From IMG/VR virus record IMGVR_UViG_2740892039_000008: a DNA stretch of 18,167 bases. One strand, 5' to 3'. The position numbers were made by a program, and so were the translations under genes. The notes under the pieces were generated by a model. The model had not been told where the DNA came from, searched no databases, and saw nothing but the letters and a program-made list of their open reading frames with translations. The stretch is from a virus. Its lineage: Duplodnaviria > Heunggongvirae > Uroviricota > Caudoviricetes. Below, one piece after another: positions 15,819-18,167 of this stretch. The stretch's first letter is position 1; every line of letters begins with the position of its first letter.

Positions 15819-18167
15819 ATGCTGAGTTTATACGAAAAGATAAAGATAAGGCTGATAATTTTATTTTTATTGGCAGCATTGTCATTTATTGGTCTTTTTT
15901 TCATCATTAACTATCAACTGGTATCGGAACGCGCGGTAAAACGTGCCGATAGCCGCTTTGAACTTATTCAGAAAAACGTTGGCTATTTCTTTAAAGATAT
16001 TGAACGTTCGGCCCTGACATTAAAGGACTCACTGTATTTATTAAAAAATACAGAGGAGATTCAACGTGCCGTGATTCTGAAAATGGAAATGATGCCATTT
16101 TTAGACTCGGTGGGACTGGTACTTGATGATAATAAATATTATCTCTTTTCGCGGAGGGCGAATGATAAAATCGTTGTTTATCATCAGGAACAAGTAAATG
16201 GACCGCTTGTCGACGAGTCAGGGCGGGTTATTTTTGCCGATTTTAACCCATCGAAACGACCGTGGTCGATGGCTTCAGATGACTCTAACAACAGCTGGAA
16301 CCCGGCATACAATTGCTTTGATCGTCCGGGTAAAAAATGTATCTCTTTTACGCTACACATCAACGGCAAAGATCATGATTTGTTAGCGGTAGATAAAATT
16401 CATGTCGATTTAAACTGGCGATATCTGAACGAGTATCTTGATCACATCAGCGCTAATGATGAAGTTCTATTTTTAAAGCAAGGTCATGAGATCATTGCTA
16501 AGAATCAACTCGCTCGTGAAAAATTGATTATTTATAATAGCGAAGGTAATTATAATATTATTGATTCTGTCGATACGGAATATATTGAAAAAACATCAGC
16601 GGTGCCAAACAACGCATTATTCGAAATCTATTTTTATTATCCTGGTGGTAATTTATTGAACGCATCAGATAAACTTTTTTATCTGCCGTTTGCTTTCATT
16701 ATTATCGTATTGCTGGTGGTTTATTTAATGACCACTCGAGTTTTCCGTCGTCAATTTTCTGAAATGACAGATTTGGTCAATACGCTGGCGTTTTTGCCTG
16801 ACTCTACGGATCAAATCGAGGCCCTGAAGATTCGTGAAGGCGATGCGAAAGAGATTATCAGCATCAAAAATTCGATCGCGGAAATGAAAGATGCTGAAAT
16901 TGAACGGGCAAATAAATTGCTCTCGCTGATCTCTTACGATCAGGAAAGCGGTTTTATTAAAAATATGGCGATTATTGAGTCCAACAATAATCAGTATCTG
17001 GCTGTGGGGATCATCAAACTGTGTGGTCTGGAAGCTGTGGAAGCGGTGTTTGGTGTTGATGAACGCAATAAAATCGTCAGGAAATTGTGTCAGCGAATTG
17101 CCGAGAAATATGCGCAATGCTGCGATATCGTGACATTTAATGCCGATCTCTATTTACTCCTGTGCCGGGAAAATGTACAGACGTTTACCCGTAAGATAGC
17201 GACGGTAAACGATTTTGACAGCAGTTTTGGCTACCGCAATCTGCGCATCCATAAGTCTGCTATTTGTGAACCTTTGCAGGGGGAAAACGCCTGGAGTTAC
17301 GCAGAAAAGCTGAAACTGGCGATTTCCAGTATCCGCAACCATATGTTCTCAGAGTTTATTTTCTGTGATGATGCGAAACTCAACGAAATAGAAGAGAATA
17401 TCTGGATTGCGCGTAATATTCGCCATGCAATGGAAATTGGCGAACTATTCCTGGTCTATCAACCGATTGTTGATATTAACACCCGCACCATTTTGGGCGC
17501 GGAGGCGTTGTGCCGTTGGGTGTCTGCGGAGCGGGGGATTATTTCACCGCTGAAGTTCATTACCATTGCTGAAGATATCGGGTTTATCAATGAGCTGGGC
17601 TATCAAATTATTAAAACCGCGATGGGTGAATTCAGACATTTTAGTCAGCGTGCGTCGCTGAAGGATGATTTCTTACTGCATATTAATGTTTCGCCCTGGC
17701 AGTTAAACGAACCACACTTTCATGAGCGTTTTACTACCATCATGAAAGAAAATGGCCTGAAGGCGAACAGCCTTTGTGTTGAGATCACCGAAACCGTGAT
17801 CGAGCGAATTAATGAACATTTCTATCTCAATATTGAACAACTGCGTAAACAAGGGGTACGGGTATCGATTGATGACTTTGGCACCGGTTTGTCAAACCTG
17901 AAACGTTTTTATGAAATTAATCCAGACAGTATAAAGGTGGATTCGCAATTTACCGGCGATATTTTCGGTACTGCGGGAAAAATTGTGCGCATTATTTTCG
18001 ATCTGGCACGCTATAACCGGATCCCGGTGATTGCGGAAGGCGTAGAGAGCGAAGACGTTGCGCGTGAATTAATCAAATTAGGATGTGTTCAGGCTCAGGG
18101 GTATCTGTACCAGAAACCCATGCCATTCTCCGCCTGGGATAAAAGTGGAAAATTAGTAAAAGAGTAG
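15819..18167 (+). CDS. pdeI: Host membrane-bound c-di-GMP phosphodiesterase (two TM helices, periplasmic domain, degenerate GGDEF-like region, C-terminal EAL domain); probably PdeI (YliE)
   Basis: 782 aa, the length I recall for E. coli PdeI/YliE. TM helices at about aa 10-30 and 285-305. EAL signature GAEALCRW and DDFGTG motif in the C-terminal domain. Lower-GC, host-like codon usage. Gene symbol from recall, not a search. Confidence 0.6.
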   Translation: MLSLYEKIKIRLIILFLLAALSFIGLFFIINYQLVSERAVKRADSRFELIQKNVGYFFKDIERSALTLKDSLYLLKNTEEIQRAVILKMEMMPFLDSVGLVLDDNKYYLFSRRANDKIVVYHQEQVNGPLVDESGRVIFADFNPSKRPWSMASDDSNNSWNPAYNCFDRPGKKCISFTLHINGKDHDLLAVDKIHVDLNWRYLNEYLDHISANDEVLFLKQGHEIIAKNQLAREKLIIYNSEGNYNIIDSVDTEYIEKTSAVPNNALFEIYFYYPGGNLLNASDKLFYLPFAFIIIVLLVVYLMTTRVFRRQFSEMTDLVNTLAFLPDSTDQIEALKIREGDAKEIISIKNSIAEMKDAEIERANKLLSLISYDQESGFIKNMAIIESNNNQYLAVGIIKLCGLEAVEAVFGVDERNKIVRKLCQRIAEKYAQCCDIVTFNADLYLLLCRENVQTFTRKIATVNDFDSSFGYRNLRIHKSAICEPLQGENAWSYAEKLKLAISSIRNHMFSEFIFCDDAKLNEIEENIWIARNIRHAMEIGELFLVYQPIVDINTRTILGAEALCRWVSAERGIISPLKFITIAEDIGFINELGYQIIKTAMGEFRHFSQRASLKDDFLLHINVSPWQLNEPHFHERFTTIMKENGLKANSLCVEITETVIERINEHFYLNIEQLRKQGVRVSIDDFGTGLSNLKRFYEINPDSIKVDSQFTGDIFGTAGKIVRIIFDLARYNRIPVIAEGVESEDVARELIKLGCVQAQGYLYQKPMPFSAWDKSGKLVKE

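Noticed and set aside
16725-17117. 130-aa minus-strand ORF inside the phosphodiesterase gene
   Set aside because: Antisense to a well-supported 782-aa gene with recognisable EAL-domain motifs.
1-18167. Looked for CRISPR arrays, tRNA/rRNA genes, IS elements and transposase-like ORFs
   Set aside because: No regularly spaced direct repeats, no tRNA-like cloverleaf candidates, and no transposase-like ORFs were seen by eye. The prophage att core here is not obviously within a tRNA gene.

Overview
This window reads as the right (late-gene) arm of a P2-like temperate myovirus prophage, followed by its attachment core and one host gene. The phage genes run on the + strand in P2 order with P2-like lengths: R (3' end), S, V, W, J, I, H, G, FI, FII, E/E', T, U, D, ogr. 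After the ogr terminator there is a 27-bp P2-type att core (15744-15770), then a host gene for a 782-aa membrane EAL-domain c-di-GMP phosphodiesterase (probably pdeI/yliE). Two visibly AT-rich cargo insertions sit at the two classical P2 variable loci. One is a minus-strand 261-aa three-helix membrane protein between S and V. The other is a 369-aa membrane-anchored protein plus about 430 bp of non-coding DNA between G and FI, the Z/fun position. Neither has a motif I recognise, and they are the best candidates for an undescribed prophage-encoded anti-phage or exclusion function. Also notable are a mosaic 872-aa tail fibre H with three internal repeats and a His-rich HxH tip, and the E/E' -1 frameshift site (TTTTTTG), which the ORF track does not show. 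All homology statements rest on recalled knowledge of P2 and on motifs read by eye; no database search or GC computation was run.
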